From an uncultured Oscillospiraceae bacterium (lineage in GTDB: Bacteria; Bacillota; Clostridia; Oscillospirales; QAMX01): a stretch of DNA of 64,000 nt. The notes under the pieces are model-generated. The model searched no databases and was not told the DNA's origin. It was given only the letters and a program-made list of their open reading frames with translations. Positions 28,009 through 38,076 of the stretch are shown in pieces. How positions within the stretch are numbered: the first letter of the stretch is position 1; every line of letters starts with the position of its first letter. Position numbers and translations under genes: made by a program. Location of the stretch: contig CAZEUG010000001.1 of NCBI GenBank assembly GCA_964515055.1, positions 122,732 to 186,731 of the forward strand. Direction: 5' to 3'.

Positions 28009-28887
28009 ATGATTTACAGCATGACCGGCTATGGGCGTGCATCGGAACAGCTCGGAAACAAAACCATCACAACGGAAGTGCGATCCGTCAATAATCGCTA
28101 TCTGGATTGCACCGTCCGCGCTCCGAGGCTCTACGCATTTCTGGAAGAGCCGGTGAAAGCACGACTGAAGGCAGCGGGCGTCACCCGAGGAAAAGTGGAT
28201 ATTTTCATCAACCTGGAATACACAGCGGGCGACAGTGAGCTGACCCTCAACCATTCGACTGCAGACGCCTATGTCCGCGCACTGCGGGAGCTGTCGACCA
28301 CCTATGACATTCCGGACGGTGTCACGGCGATGGGCGTCGCAAGGCTGCCGGACGTCTTCACCGTTCAAAAGGTCGAGGAAGACCGCGACCAGCTGACCGC
28401 GGAGGTCTGCGCGGTGTTTGATCAGGCGCTGGAAGCCTTCATGACGATGCGCCGGACAGAAGGGGCCGCCCTTCGCCAGGACGTCCTCTCCAAGGCGGAG
28501 CACCTGGAAACGATGACAGAAGCCGTTCGCACCCGGATGCCGGAGATTGTTCGGGAATACCGCGAAAAGCTGCTGGCGCGGATGCAGGAGCTGCTGGGTG
28601 ACACAAAAATCGACGAGTCCCGCATCCTGACGGAAGCGGCGCTGGTGGCCGATCGTATCGCCACGGATGAGGAAACTGTTCGACTGGACAGCCATTTTTC
28701 ACAGCTGCGAACGCTGCTGGAAGCGACAGAGCCGGTCGGGCGCAAGCTGGATTTCCTGGTACAGGAAATCAATCGTGAAATCAATACGATCGGCTCCAAG
28801 GCCTCTGATCTGGATGTGGCCAGGTTGATCCTGGATATGAAATCCGAACTGGAAAAAGTTCGCGAACAGATACAGAATATCGAGTAA
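28009..28887 (+). CDS. yicC: YicC/YloC family stress-induced protein (endoribonuclease-like)
   Basis: ORF 27985..28887. ATG 28009 gives [11 protein letters not shown], the canonical YicC N-terminus. The C-terminal DUF1732-like [13 protein letters not shown] motif is present. Confidence 0.85.
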   Translation: MIYSMTGYGRASEQLGNKTITTEVRSVNNRYLDCTVRAPRLYAFLEEPVKARLKAAGVTRGKVDIFINLEYTAGDSELTLNHSTADAYVRALRELSTTYDIPDGVTAMGVARLPDVFTVQKVEEDRDQLTAEVCAVFDQALEAFMTMRRTEGAALRQDVLSKAEHLETMTEAVRTRMPEIVREYREKLLARMQELLGDTKIDESRILTEAALVADRIATDEETVRLDSHFSQLRTLLEATEPVGRKLDFLVQEINREINTIGSKASDLDVARLILDMKSELEKVREQIQNIE

Positions 28888-28916
28888 TACACCGGAAAGG
28901 ACAGGGGTTTACAAGT

Positions 28917-29210
28917 ATGAATGTTTTGAAACTTGTCAATATCGGTTTTGGAAATATGGTGTCGGCCGGTCGGATTGTCTCCATCGTCAGCCCGGAATCT
29001 GCGCCGATCAAACGCATTATCCTCGAAGCAAGAGATCGCAGTATGCTGATTGACGCGACCTATGGCCGCCGCACACGTGCTGTCATCGTGACGGACAGTG
29101 ACCATGTGATTCTGTCCGCCATTCAACCGGAGACGATTGCACACCGCGTCGAAGACCAGACAGATGACGAAGACGATGAAGAGGAGGAAACGCTCGAAAG
29201 CGAAGCGTGA
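28917..29210 (+). CDS. remA: RemA/DUF370 family regulator
   Basis: 97 aa. [30 protein letters not shown]...[30 protein letters not shown] is the RemA signature. It has an acidic C-terminal tail. Confidence 0.85.
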   Translation: MNVLKLVNIGFGNMVSAGRIVSIVSPESAPIKRIILEARDRSMLIDATYGRRTRAVIVTDSDHVILSAIQPETIAHRVEDQTDDEDDEEEETLESEA

Positions 29211-29830
29211 ACGCTCTTATGAACGCAGAAACATCAGGCAGCGGCCTGCTGCTCGTCCTTTCCGGCCCGTCCGGCGTCGGCAAAGGCACCGTCCTGGAAG
29301 CGCTGAAAGCGCTCTGTCCGGAACGAATCGGCCGGGAAATCGCCGTTTCCGTTTCCAAAACAACACGGACTCCCCGCCCGGGCGAGGAAGAGGGCGTCCA
29401 CTATTATTTCACCGATCGCCCCCATTTCCTTGAAGGCGTCGAACAGAACGCCTTTCTGGAATATGCGGAATATGCCGGCAACCTGTACGGAACCCCGCGG
29501 GATATGATTGAACGCAAAACCGCGGAAGGCATGATCGTGGTGCTGGATATCGATACACAGGGCGCCTTTCAGGTGCGTCAGAAAATGCCGGAGGCACTGC
29601 TGGTCTTTCTGCTCCCGCCCTCCATGGAGGAGCTGGAGCACCGCCTCAGAGGGCGCGGAACGGAACCTGAAGACGTCATTCAGCGCCGCCTGATGCTGGC
29701 CAAAACGGAATGCGACCTGGCTCCGGAATATGATGCCACCGTCTACAACCGGACGGTTCAGGAAACCGCACAGGAAATCTGTGAGCTGATCGAACAGCGC
29801 CTGCGCGCCGAAGCACGAAATTCAATTTGA
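29207..29830 (+). CDS. gmk: Guanylate kinase
   Basis: The GTG start overlaps the remA stop; ATG 29219 is an alternative. P-loop [10 protein letters not shown], plus [17 protein letters not shown] and [13 protein letters not shown]. Confidence 0.9.
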   Translation: MNALMNAETSGSGLLLVLSGPSGVGKGTVLEALKALCPERIGREIAVSVSKTTRTPRPGEEEGVHYYFTDRPHFLEGVEQNAFLEYAEYAGNLYGTPRDMIERKTAEGMIVVLDIDTQGAFQVRQKMPEALLVFLLPPSMEELEHRLRGRGTEPEDVIQRRLMLAKTECDLAPEYDATVYNRTVQETAQEICELIEQRLRAEARNSI

Positions 29831-29862
29831 ATCTGAAATCATAAAAGGAGAACAAGGAACTT

Positions 29863-30075
29863 ATGCTGTATCCAACAATGGAATCTCTCGTCAAAATGGT
29901 TGGAAATCGTTATCTGCTGGTGAACATCACCGCACACAGAGCCCGTGAAATCTCGGAAGAAGCCATGGAGAACGGACAGAAGCTGTCGAAAAAACCGGTG
30001 ACCATGGCAGTCGAACAGATTTATGAGGAAGGGCTCAAACAGCAGGCCACCGAAGCCACGAATACAGAGGAATAA
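29863..30075 (+). CDS. rpoZ: DNA-directed RNA polymerase subunit omega
   Basis: 70 aa. MLYPTMESLVKMVGNRYLLVNITAHRAREI is typical of RpoZ. It follows gmk, as in Bacillus. Confidence 0.85.
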   Translation: MLYPTMESLVKMVGNRYLLVNITAHRAREISEEAMENGQKLSKKPVTMAVEQIYEEGLKQQATEATNTEE

Positions 30076-30117
30076 GGCATCAATTTCCGGCCGGGAAGGA
30101 GGGAGGGGTGGTACAAC

Positions 30118-32535
30118 ATGGTGAAAACGGTTCTGGTTGCGATTCGCGCAGAAAGCTATGTGTATGACCGCCCGTATTCCTACTGGGTGCCGGAACAGCT
30201 GACCGTTGCGCCCGGTATGCGTGTTCTGGTTCCGTTTGGCAGAGGCAACCGGATGGTACAGGCGCTGATTCTGAGCTGTCGAGACAATGATACCGCGGAA
30301 GGCAAAAAGGCCATCGGCCAGCTTCTGGATGAGAAGCCGATTGTGTCCGAACGGGCAATCCGCCTGATTCTCTGGATGCGCGAGAAGTATTTCTGTACCT
30401 GCTATGACGCGTTTCGCCTGTGCATTCCCGCCGGAAGCGATATCCGGCAGGAGATCTGGTATGCCGAGAATCCGTCATACAGCGGCAAACCGATCACGGA
30501 AAAAAGTGCCGCATATCCGATGTACCTGTATATCCATATGCGGGGCGAGCCGGTTTCACTGGCTGAACTGACGCGGGAGTTCGGCGAAACCGGTCTGGAT
30601 GACCGAATGAACGAGCTGATGCGGAAAAAGCTGCTGGTCAGTGAACAACACGCTCTGCTGCACACACAGGACAAAACGATTACCTGCGCCCGCCTCAGCG
30701 AGAGCTTTGCGCCCAAACGCCGCCTGACACGACAGCAGACCGCCGTGATGGATTTTCTGCGGGGCGCTGGAGAAGCCTCTCTCAAAGAAATTACCTATTA
30801 CTCCGGTTCCTCCACCGCCACGGTAAAAACCATGGCGCGCAACGGAATGCTGGAGTTGTTTGACCGGGAGGTGCTGCGCCTGACGATGCCGAAATCGGCA
30901 ACCGAGCAGCTCCCGGATCCTGTTCTGAACGAAGAACAGACCGCCGCGTTTGAACCGCTGCGCGAAAAAATGGAGCAGCGGACGCCGTCGGCAGCGCTGC
31001 TGCACGGTGTCACCGGGAGCGGGAAAACACAGGTCTATATCCGACTGATTCGTCAGTGCCTGTCCATGAACCGCCAGGCGATGGTGCTTGTTCCGGAAAT
31101 CGCCCTGACACCGCAGCTGCTCAACCGCCTGTACGGACACTTTGGCAACCGGGTCGCCGTGCTCCATTCCGGCCTGAGCACCGGTGAACGCTACGACGAA
31201 TGGAAGCGCATCGCATCCGGCCGCGCTGATGTCGTCGTCGGAACGCGCTCTGCCGTCTTTGCACCGCTGACCGATATCGGCCTGATCGTCATCGATGAGG
31301 AGCAGGAAAGCTCCTACCGGTCGGAGCAGTCTCCGCGCTATCATGCACGGGATGTTTCAAAATTCCGCGCCGTCCAGCACGGTGCCCTGCTGTTGATGGC
31401 GTCTGCCACACCGACGGTCGAAACGATGTATGCCGCCAAAACCGGGAAATACGCCTGCTACCGGATGGAGAAACGGTACGGCGGCATTCAGCTGCCGACG
31501 GTTTCCTTTGCCGACATGAAGGCCGAACTGAAGCAGGGCAATGAAACACACCTCAGCACGGATCTGATCGATGCCATTCGCGAAACAGTCGACGCAGGGG
31601 AGCAGTGTATGCTCTTTCTGAATCGGCGCGGCTCCAACCGCTACACGATCTGTCGCAGCTGCGGCTACGTCCCGCACTGCGAGGCCTGCTCCGTCTCGTT
31701 AACCTATCACTCCGCCAATCATCGCCTGATGTGTCACTATTGCTCACGCTCCATACCGGTGTACGAATACTGTCCGCAGTGTGGCAGCGCCTATATCAGC
31801 CGGGAGGGCATCGGCACCCAGCGGATTGCCGAGGAGCTGCAGGCGATGTTTCCGGGCGTCGGTATCATTCGGATGGACGCGGATACCATCGGCGGCACAC
31901 AGACGCATGAAGCTGTCTTTCGCCGCTTTCAGGAGGAAAAAGTGCCGATTCTTCTCGGCACACAGATGATTGCAAAGGGACTCGATTTTGATTCCGTGAC
32001 GCTGGTTGGAATTCTGGACGGGGATCAGGCGCTGAATGTTCCGGATTTCCGCGCCAATGAACGAGCCTTTTCCCAGCTGACGCAGGTAATTGGCCGATCC
32101 GGCCGCGGCGAAAAACCGGGGCGCGCCATCATTCAGACCTATTCGCCCGATCATGCCATCCTGCGACTGGCCGCCGCACAGGACTATGACCGGTTCTACG
32201 AATCGGAAATCGCGTTCAGACAGGCGATGCACTATCCGCCGTTCTGCGACCTCCTGCGCTTTACACTGACTGGCATTGAGAACAGTCGGGTTTTTTCGGC
32301 GGCACGGATTCTGAAAGAAATGCTGATGACGATTGTCCAGCCGACCGATGTGCTGTATGACCCGACACCGTCACCGGTCTTCAAGCTGAATAACAAATAT
32401 CGCTATCAAATTGTTGCAAAAACAGTTGAAACACGCAAAATCCGCGAGGCGGCTGCAGACGTCCTGCGCCGTTTCCTGTCAGATCGCCGATTTACCGGGA
32501 TTTCTGCGGCAGCGGAGTTCAACCCGCAGGATTGA
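30118..32535 (+). CDS. priA: Primosomal protein N' (replication restart helicase PriA)
   Basis: 805 aa. Walker A GVTGSGKT, DEEQ box, Cys-rich zinc insertion (CRSCGYVPHCEACSVSLTYH...CHYCS...CPQCGS). Confidence 0.92.
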   Translation: MVKTVLVAIRAESYVYDRPYSYWVPEQLTVAPGMRVLVPFGRGNRMVQALILSCRDNDTAEGKKAIGQLLDEKPIVSERAIRLILWMREKYFCTCYDAFRLCIPAGSDIRQEIWYAENPSYSGKPITEKSAAYPMYLYIHMRGEPVSLAELTREFGETGLDDRMNELMRKKLLVSEQHALLHTQDKTITCARLSESFAPKRRLTRQQTAVMDFLRGAGEASLKEITYYSGSSTATVKTMARNGMLELFDREVLRLTMPKSATEQLPDPVLNEEQTAAFEPLREKMEQRTPSAALLHGVTGSGKTQVYIRLIRQCLSMNRQAMVLVPEIALTPQLLNRLYGHFGNRVAVLHSGLSTGERYDEWKRIASGRADVVVGTRSAVFAPLTDIGLIVIDEEQESSYRSEQSPRYHARDVSKFRAVQHGALLLMASATPTVETMYAAKTGKYACYRMEKRYGGIQLPTVSFADMKAELKQGNETHLSTDLIDAIRETVDAGEQCMLFLNRRGSNRYTICRSCGYVPHCEACSVSLTYHSANHRLMCHYCSRSIPVYEYCPQCGSAYISREGIGTQRIAEELQAMFPGVGIIRMDADTIGGTQTHEAVFRRFQEEKVPILLGTQMIAKGLDFDSVTLVGILDGDQALNVPDFRANERAFSQLTQVIGRSGRGEKPGRAIIQTYSPDHAILRLAAAQDYDRFYESEIAFRQAMHYPPFCDLLRFTLTGIENSRVFSAARILKEMLMTIVQPTDVLYDPTPSPVFKLNNKYRYQIVAKTVETRKIREAAADVLRRFLSDRRFTGISAAAEFNPQD

Positions 32536-32616
32536 TGGCAACCCTGCAATTCCGCCCCCTTCCAACAGGAAAGTCGGTCGGAATCAATTGATTGGATGGA
32601 CGGAGGAACCCAAACC

Positions 32617-33084
32617 ATGGCTATTTTGGAAATCTGCAAAAAAGGCGATGAATGCCTGCAAAAAAAGTGCCACGAGGTCACTGTGTTTGACCGACGGCTG
32701 AAGCTCCTGATTCGCGATATGAAGGACACACTGGTCGAGGCACACGGCGTCGGCCTGGCCGCACCGCAGATCGGCATTCTGCGCCGTATTTTTATCATTG
32801 ACAACGGCGAGCGGCTGAAGGCCTATATCAACCCGAAAATTCTGGAACGCCGCGGAGAACAGCGCCCGGTCGAGGGCTGCCTCAGTCTGCCCGGCGTCTG
32901 GGGGCGCGTGGTTCGCCCCATGTACGTCCGCATCGCTGCACAGGATGAAAACGGCTGCCCGTTTGAGGAAGAAGCGGAGGGGCTGATTGCGGAAGCCTTT
33001 GAACATGAGTCCGATCATCTGGACGGCATCCTGTTCGATGAAAAAATTTACGAGTACGTCGATGTCGAGGAAGAAGAATCGTGA
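32617..33084 (+). CDS. def: Peptide deformylase (canonical copy)
   Basis: ORF 32596..33084. ATG 32617 with GGAGGAA SD. All three PDF motifs are intact: GVGLAAPQIG, EGCLSLPG, HESDH. Confidence 0.9.
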   Translation: MAILEICKKGDECLQKKCHEVTVFDRRLKLLIRDMKDTLVEAHGVGLAAPQIGILRRIFIIDNGERLKAYINPKILERRGEQRPVEGCLSLPGVWGRVVRPMYVRIAAQDENGCPFEEEAEGLIAEAFEHESDHLDGILFDEKIYEYVDVEEEES

Positions 33085-33097
33085 AAGGGAGAGCCCT

Positions 33098-34054
33098 GTG
33101 ACAAGCGGAAAACGACTGAATCTTTTATATATGGGAACCCCGGCCTTTGCCGCGGTTTCTCTGCAATACCTGATCGATCAGGGCTACCACATCACCGGTG
33201 TCGTCTGCCGTGCGGACAAGCCGAAGGGGCGCGGAATGCAGGTGCTTCCGCCACCGGTGAAGGTGACGGCAGAAGCTGCCGGTTTGCCGGTCTATCAGCC
33301 GGAAACACTGAAGGACGGCGCACTTCAACCTGTTCTGGAAGCGACCAAGCCTGATCTCATTGTCGTGGTCGCCTATGGTAAAATCCTGCCCCCGGATGTC
33401 GTGAACGCACCGCGCCTCGGTTGCATCAACCTGCACGGTTCGCTGCTCCCGAAATATCGCGGTGCCGCACCCATTCAGCGCGCCGTGATGGACGGCGAGA
33501 AAACAACCGGTCTGACAACCATGTACCTGTCGCAGGGCATGGATGAAGGCGATATGCTCCTGAAAACGGAGACGGAAATCGGCGCGGATGAAACCGCAGG
33601 GGAGCTGACCGAACGACTGGCTCAGCTGGGCGCGCCGCTGCTGGCTGAAACGATCGAACGTCTGGCTGACGGAACGGCCGTGCGCACGCCGCAGAATCAC
33701 GCGGAGGCGACCTATGCAAAGATGCTCGAAAAGGCAGAGGGACGGCTCGATTTTTCACAGTCGGCTGAATCGCTCTACTGCATCTATCGCGCATTGACAC
33801 CGGCACTCAGTGTCACCACCATGTTCCGCGGCAAGCTCGTCAAGGTGACGGAAATGTGCCTGTCGCCCGCACAGCATTGCGATGGACAAAACGGGGAAGT
33901 TGTCGCCTGCAGCAAACAGGGAATTGACGTCCGATGCGGCGACGGACACGTGTTGACCCTGAAAACGCTTGCGCCCGAAGGAAAACGCGCCATGTCTGCG
34001 GCTGATTTCATCAATGGCCGCGCCGTTCAACCGGGCGACTGCTTTGGCGCGTAA
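33098..34054 (+). CDS. fmt: Methionyl-tRNA formyltransferase
   Basis: ORF 32987..34054 overlaps def. In-frame GTG 33098 (AAGGGAG SD) gives ...LNLLYMGTPAFA. Motifs INLHGSLLPKYRGAAPIQRA are present. Confidence 0.9.
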   Translation: MTSGKRLNLLYMGTPAFAAVSLQYLIDQGYHITGVVCRADKPKGRGMQVLPPPVKVTAEAAGLPVYQPETLKDGALQPVLEATKPDLIVVVAYGKILPPDVVNAPRLGCINLHGSLLPKYRGAAPIQRAVMDGEKTTGLTTMYLSQGMDEGDMLLKTETEIGADETAGELTERLAQLGAPLLAETIERLADGTAVRTPQNHAEATYAKMLEKAEGRLDFSQSAESLYCIYRALTPALSVTTMFRGKLVKVTEMCLSPAQHCDGQNGEVVACSKQGIDVRCGDGHVLTLKTLAPEGKRAMSAADFINGRAVQPGDCFGA

Positions 34055-34075
34055 AGCGCGGAACTGGGGAATGAT

Positions 34076-35188
34076 ATGCTGGTAACTCTGCCGTCAACCG
34101 ACCGGCTGGATCTGCTGTCCATGCGGCTGGATGAACTGGAACAACTGCTGAAGGAAATGGGCTTTGCCGCCTACCGTGCAAAGCAGGTCTTTCTGCGCCT
34201 GCACCGCCATACCTGGGAAAGCCTGGACGATTTTACGGAGCTTTCCCGCGCAGACCGACAGCGTTTGGCGGAACGCTGCACACTGCCGACGATTCAGATT
34301 GTCCGTCGACAACAATCGGCTCTGGACGGGACGATCAAATATCTCTTCCGCATGGCGGACGGCAACTGCGTGGAAAGCGTGCTGATGAAGTATAAGCACG
34401 GCAATACACTCTGTATTTCCACACAGGTCGGCTGCAAAATGCACTGCGCGTTCTGCGCCTCCGGTCTGGATGGTTTTGTCCGCAGCCTGACAGCCGGTGA
34501 AATGCTGATGGAGGTCGCCGCCGCCACACGGGACAGCGGCGAGCGTGTGGACGGTATCGTCATGATGGGGACGGGCGAACCGCTTGACAACTTTGACGCA
34601 TCTGTCGATTTCATTGAGCTGGTCGGCGAAAAGGACGGCTTCTGCATCGGACAGCGTCATATTTCGCTGTCCACAAGTGGCCTGGTGCCGCAGATTGAAC
34701 AGTTGGCGGAACGACACCTTGCCATCACGCTGTCTGTCTCCCTCCACGCCACGCGTGACGAAGCGAGGGATCAGCTGATGCCGGTCAATCGAAGATATCC
34801 GATTGCAGAGCTGGTCAACGCCGCCACAGCCTATCAGAAAACGACGGGACGGCGCGTCTCCTATGAATATGCCGTCATGGCCGGTGTGAATGACTCCGCC
34901 AGGGAAGTGCGGGAGCTGGCCGCACTGCTGCGCGGAACCGGCGCGCACCTGAACCTGATTCGCCTGAACGAAGTCCGCGAAACGAAGTTCAAAGCGACGG
35001 CGGAGCAGCGCCTGCAACGATTCGTGGCCGACCTGGAAGCCAAGGGGCTTCATGTGACGGTTCGGCGGAGACTGGGCGCCGATATTGACGGCGCCTGTGG
35101 CCAATTGCGCCGTTCGACCATGCCGTTGTTGCAAAATTCACAGAATGATGATACAATAGATTCCAGCGAAAACGAATGCAGACCTTAG
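34076..35188 (+). CDS. rlmN: 23S rRNA/tRNA (adenine-C2)-methyltransferase RlmN (radical SAM)
   Basis: 370 aa. Radical-SAM cluster motif CKMHCAFCASG, plus GMGEPLDN and SLHA motifs. Confidence 0.9.
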   Translation: MLVTLPSTDRLDLLSMRLDELEQLLKEMGFAAYRAKQVFLRLHRHTWESLDDFTELSRADRQRLAERCTLPTIQIVRRQQSALDGTIKYLFRMADGNCVESVLMKYKHGNTLCISTQVGCKMHCAFCASGLDGFVRSLTAGEMLMEVAAATRDSGERVDGIVMMGTGEPLDNFDASVDFIELVGEKDGFCIGQRHISLSTSGLVPQIEQLAERHLAITLSVSLHATRDEARDQLMPVNRRYPIAELVNAATAYQKTTGRRVSYEYAVMAGVNDSAREVRELAALLRGTGAHLNLIRLNEVRETKFKATAEQRLQRFVADLEAKGLHVTVRRRLGADIDGACGQLRRSTMPLLQNSQNDDTIDSSENECRP

Positions 35189-35204
35189 ATGGGGGCGGTA
35201 CCAT

Positions 35205-35939
35205 ATGATGGCAGTCGGCGCAACAGACAAAGGCAGACGCCGGAAGGATAATCAGGACAACTATTTCATGGACGTTCGCCATGACGACCGACAGGCGTTT
35301 CTGGTGGTGTGCGACGGCATGGGTGGGGCAAAATCCGGCAATGTTGCCAGCGATATGTCCATTCACCTGTTTGCGGCAGAAGTCCGAAAACGGCAAAAGC
35401 CGGGCATGACGGTTCCCTATATGCGCGGCATCATGGGCGATGCCCTTGTTGAGGCCAACCGCCTGACCTTTGAACGCTCCAATGAAGATATTGACTGCGC
35501 CGGGATGGGCTCCACCATGGTCGCCGTTATGATCGACGGCTCCGACGCCTGTTTTTTGAACGTTGGTGACAGCCGTGCCTACCACATCACAAAGAACGGC
35601 ATCACTCAGGTGACCTGCGACCACTCCGTCGCGCAGGAAATGATTCGCCGCGGTGAGCTGACGCCGGAACAGGCGCGCAGTCATCCTGCCAAAAACTACA
35701 TCACACGCGCCGTAGGGACAGAACCGGAGGTGGAGCCGGAATTCTTTTCGCGACGAGTCGAACCGGGGGACATGATTCTGCTCTGCTCGGACGGCCTCTC
35801 CAATATGGTTCTGGACGAGGAAATTCTGTTTGAACTCCATGCAAACCCGGATATGGCGAACTGCCCGAACCGACTGATTCAGTTGGCAAACGAACGGGGC
35901 GGCCCGGATAACATTACCGTGGTATTGCTCGCCGTCTGA
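35205..35939 (+). CDS. stp: PP2C-family Ser/Thr protein phosphatase (Stp/PrpC)
   Basis: 244 aa. TDKGRRRKDNQD, VCDGMGG, GSTMV, CSDGLSN and DNITVVL motifs. Confidence 0.88.
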   Translation: MMAVGATDKGRRRKDNQDNYFMDVRHDDRQAFLVVCDGMGGAKSGNVASDMSIHLFAAEVRKRQKPGMTVPYMRGIMGDALVEANRLTFERSNEDIDCAGMGSTMVAVMIDGSDACFLNVGDSRAYHITKNGITQVTCDHSVAQEMIRRGELTPEQARSHPAKNYITRAVGTEPEVEPEFFSRRVEPGDMILLCSDGLSNMVLDEEILFELHANPDMANCPNRLIQLANERGGPDNITVVLLAV

Positions 35940-36003
35940 GCGCAGACAGCCTGCTCAAAGAAAACGCAAAGAGAGGATATACGCCGGAACAGACACTCCG
36001 CGT

Positions 36004-38055
36004 GTGAATACGTCATATATGGATAGCATTATCGGAAAAGTCCTGGATGGCCGCTATGAGATCATTGAAGTGATCGGAACGGGTGGCATGGCCATCGTCT
36101 ATAAGGCGCAGGATCTGAAATTAAATCGAATGGTCGCGGTCAAACTGCTGAAGCCGGAGCTGCGCGGCGATATGGATTTGCGCCGCCGCTTCCATGCGGA
36201 AAGCGAAGCGGTCGCACGGCTGAATCACCCGAATATCATCAACGTCTTTGACGTTTCCGCCAGTGATGCGGCGGAATACTTTGTCATGGAGCTGATCGAC
36301 GGCATCACGCTGAAGCAGTATATGACACAGCGCGGCGTCCTGTCTGTAAAGGAAGCGCTGCATTTTACACTCCAGATTCTGAAGGGTCTGGAACACGCCC
36401 ATGCAAAAAAAATCGTCCATCGCGACATCAAGCCGCAGAATATCATGATTCTGCGCGACGGAACGGCGAAAGTCACCGACTTTGGCATTGCCCGCATCTT
36501 CGACAGCAAGGACATGACCACCAATCAGGCCAACGCATTCGGCTCGGTTCACTACATTGCGCCGGAGCAGGCGCGATGCGGCGAGACGGATGGCCGCGCC
36601 GACCTCTATTCCGTCGGCGTCATGCTCTACGAAATGCTGACGGGGCAGCTGCCCTATCAGGGCGATACGGCGGTCGTCGTCGCCATGCAGCACATCCGTT
36701 CCGCACCGCGCCCGCCCAGGGAGATCAATCCGGACATCCCGGAAGCACTCCAGGCGATTACGCTCCACGCCATGTCTGCATCGCTGGATACCCGGTACGC
36801 CACAGCCTCCGAAATGATGGATGATCTGGAGGCCTATCGGCAGGATCCGGAGCATTTCATGCCCACCTTCGCCAGACAGGTGTATGACGATGACGGTGAT
36901 ACCAAACGCTTCACGCCGGTGTCGGAGCCGACCACGGAACCGCCGGTCAAGCCGCAGCCGAACCGGACTGCGCCCGCAACAGCCGAACCGGAAAAGCGCA
37001 AGCCCATCAATCTGATGCCGATTGTCGCCGCCGTCCTGAGCGTACTGGTGGTTGCGGCCGTTGTTGCCGCCATCTGGATCAATATCCTCAGCCCGGAAAC
37101 CGGTTCCCGTGAAGTTCCGGTTCCGAAGCTCATCGGGAGAACCTATCTGGACGTCTCCGGCGACTCGACCCTTTTGTTTGAACTGGTGGTCAGAGAAGAA
37201 AAATACGACTCCACCTATGAAGAAGGCGTCATCATCGATCAGAACCAGCCTGTCGGCAAAATCGTCAAGGAGGGCTCTACCATTGAATTGACGCTGAGCA
37301 AAGGAAAACGAAGCGCAGAAATGCCGAATTATATCAACTGGAGCTATACCGAGGCCAACAACGATCTCCGCGCCCTGATGGAGAAAACCGTCAGTGTCGT
37401 ATATGACTTTGAATCGAGTGACACGGTTCAGGCCAACAAAATCATCCGCACCGACCCGATCGCCGGTCAAACGATCACCGAAGGGCAGGTCATCCGATTT
37501 GTCATCAGCCAGGGAACAGAGTCGGATACACTTCCGATGCCGAACCTGCTGGGTCAGACGGAGGAACAGGCGCGCAGCACGCTGCTGGGCGTCGGACTCA
37601 ATGTCGGAACCGTCGAATATTCCATCAGCGAAGACTATCCCGCAGGCTGCGTGATTGACCAGAGCGTGCAGCCGGATGTCCCGGTTCCGCGTGGCATGAC
37701 CATCAACCTCGTGCTGAGCCGTGCGCCGGAGACGACACCGCCTGCAATCGATGAACCGACCACCCCGCCGGAATCGTCCACTACGACCGACTCCTCGCCG
37801 GATACGTCCTCTACCGGGACAACGCCGCCGGCTGTGGAACGCTCTGTAGACTGGACACTGCTGCTGCCGCAGGGCGTTGACTATCCGGATCAGTTCCTGT
37901 TGGAAATCTACGTGGATAACGTCATTCAATACAGCGAAACCGTTGAAAAAACGACAGGCTCGATCACATTGCGCCTGTATGGCACCGGGACGGTTCGCGT
38001 TGATGCCTATATCGATACGTCTCTCTACAAATCGGAAACCATCTCCATTTCATAA
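36004..38055 (+). CDS. prkC: Ser/Thr protein kinase with PASTA repeats (PrkC/Stk1)
   Basis: 683 aa. Hanks kinase motifs (GTGGMAIVYKA, HRDIKPQN, DFGIA), one TM segment (PIVAAVLSVLVVAAVVAAIWI) and three PASTA-like repeats. The start is uncertain (GTG 36004 or ATG 36019). Confidence 0.9.
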   Translation: MNTSYMDSIIGKVLDGRYEIIEVIGTGGMAIVYKAQDLKLNRMVAVKLLKPELRGDMDLRRRFHAESEAVARLNHPNIINVFDVSASDAAEYFVMELIDGITLKQYMTQRGVLSVKEALHFTLQILKGLEHAHAKKIVHRDIKPQNIMILRDGTAKVTDFGIARIFDSKDMTTNQANAFGSVHYIAPEQARCGETDGRADLYSVGVMLYEMLTGQLPYQGDTAVVVAMQHIRSAPRPPREINPDIPEALQAITLHAMSASLDTRYATASEMMDDLEAYRQDPEHFMPTFARQVYDDDGDTKRFTPVSEPTTEPPVKPQPNRTAPATAEPEKRKPINLMPIVAAVLSVLVVAAVVAAIWINILSPETGSREVPVPKLIGRTYLDVSGDSTLLFELVVREEKYDSTYEEGVIIDQNQPVGKIVKEGSTIELTLSKGKRSAEMPNYINWSYTEANNDLRALMEKTVSVVYDFESSDTVQANKIIRTDPIAGQTITEGQVIRFVISQGTESDTLPMPNLLGQTEEQARSTLLGVGLNVGTVEYSISEDYPAGCVIDQSVQPDVPVPRGMTINLVLSRAPETTPPAIDEPTTPPESSTTTDSSPDTSSTGTTPPAVERSVDWTLLLPQGVDYPDQFLLEIYVDNVIQYSETVEKTTGSITLRLYGTGTVRVDAYIDTSLYKSETISIS

Positions 38056-38076
38056 ATCACAGAAAGGCGGGGCGCC

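Noticed and set aside
24973-28695. A 1240-aa open reading frame on the minus strand that runs antisense through yicC, the SIS gene and ftsK, including two intergenic spacers
   Set aside because: It lies entirely opposite three confidently recognised genes. Its translation is Arg/Gly/His/Gln/Phe-rich nonsense with no recognisable motif, and it has no SD or promoter. Long stop-free antisense frames are expected in GC-rich coding DNA, and the two spacers it crosses are only 39 and 75 nt. I treat it as a shadow ORF, though its length is remarkable.
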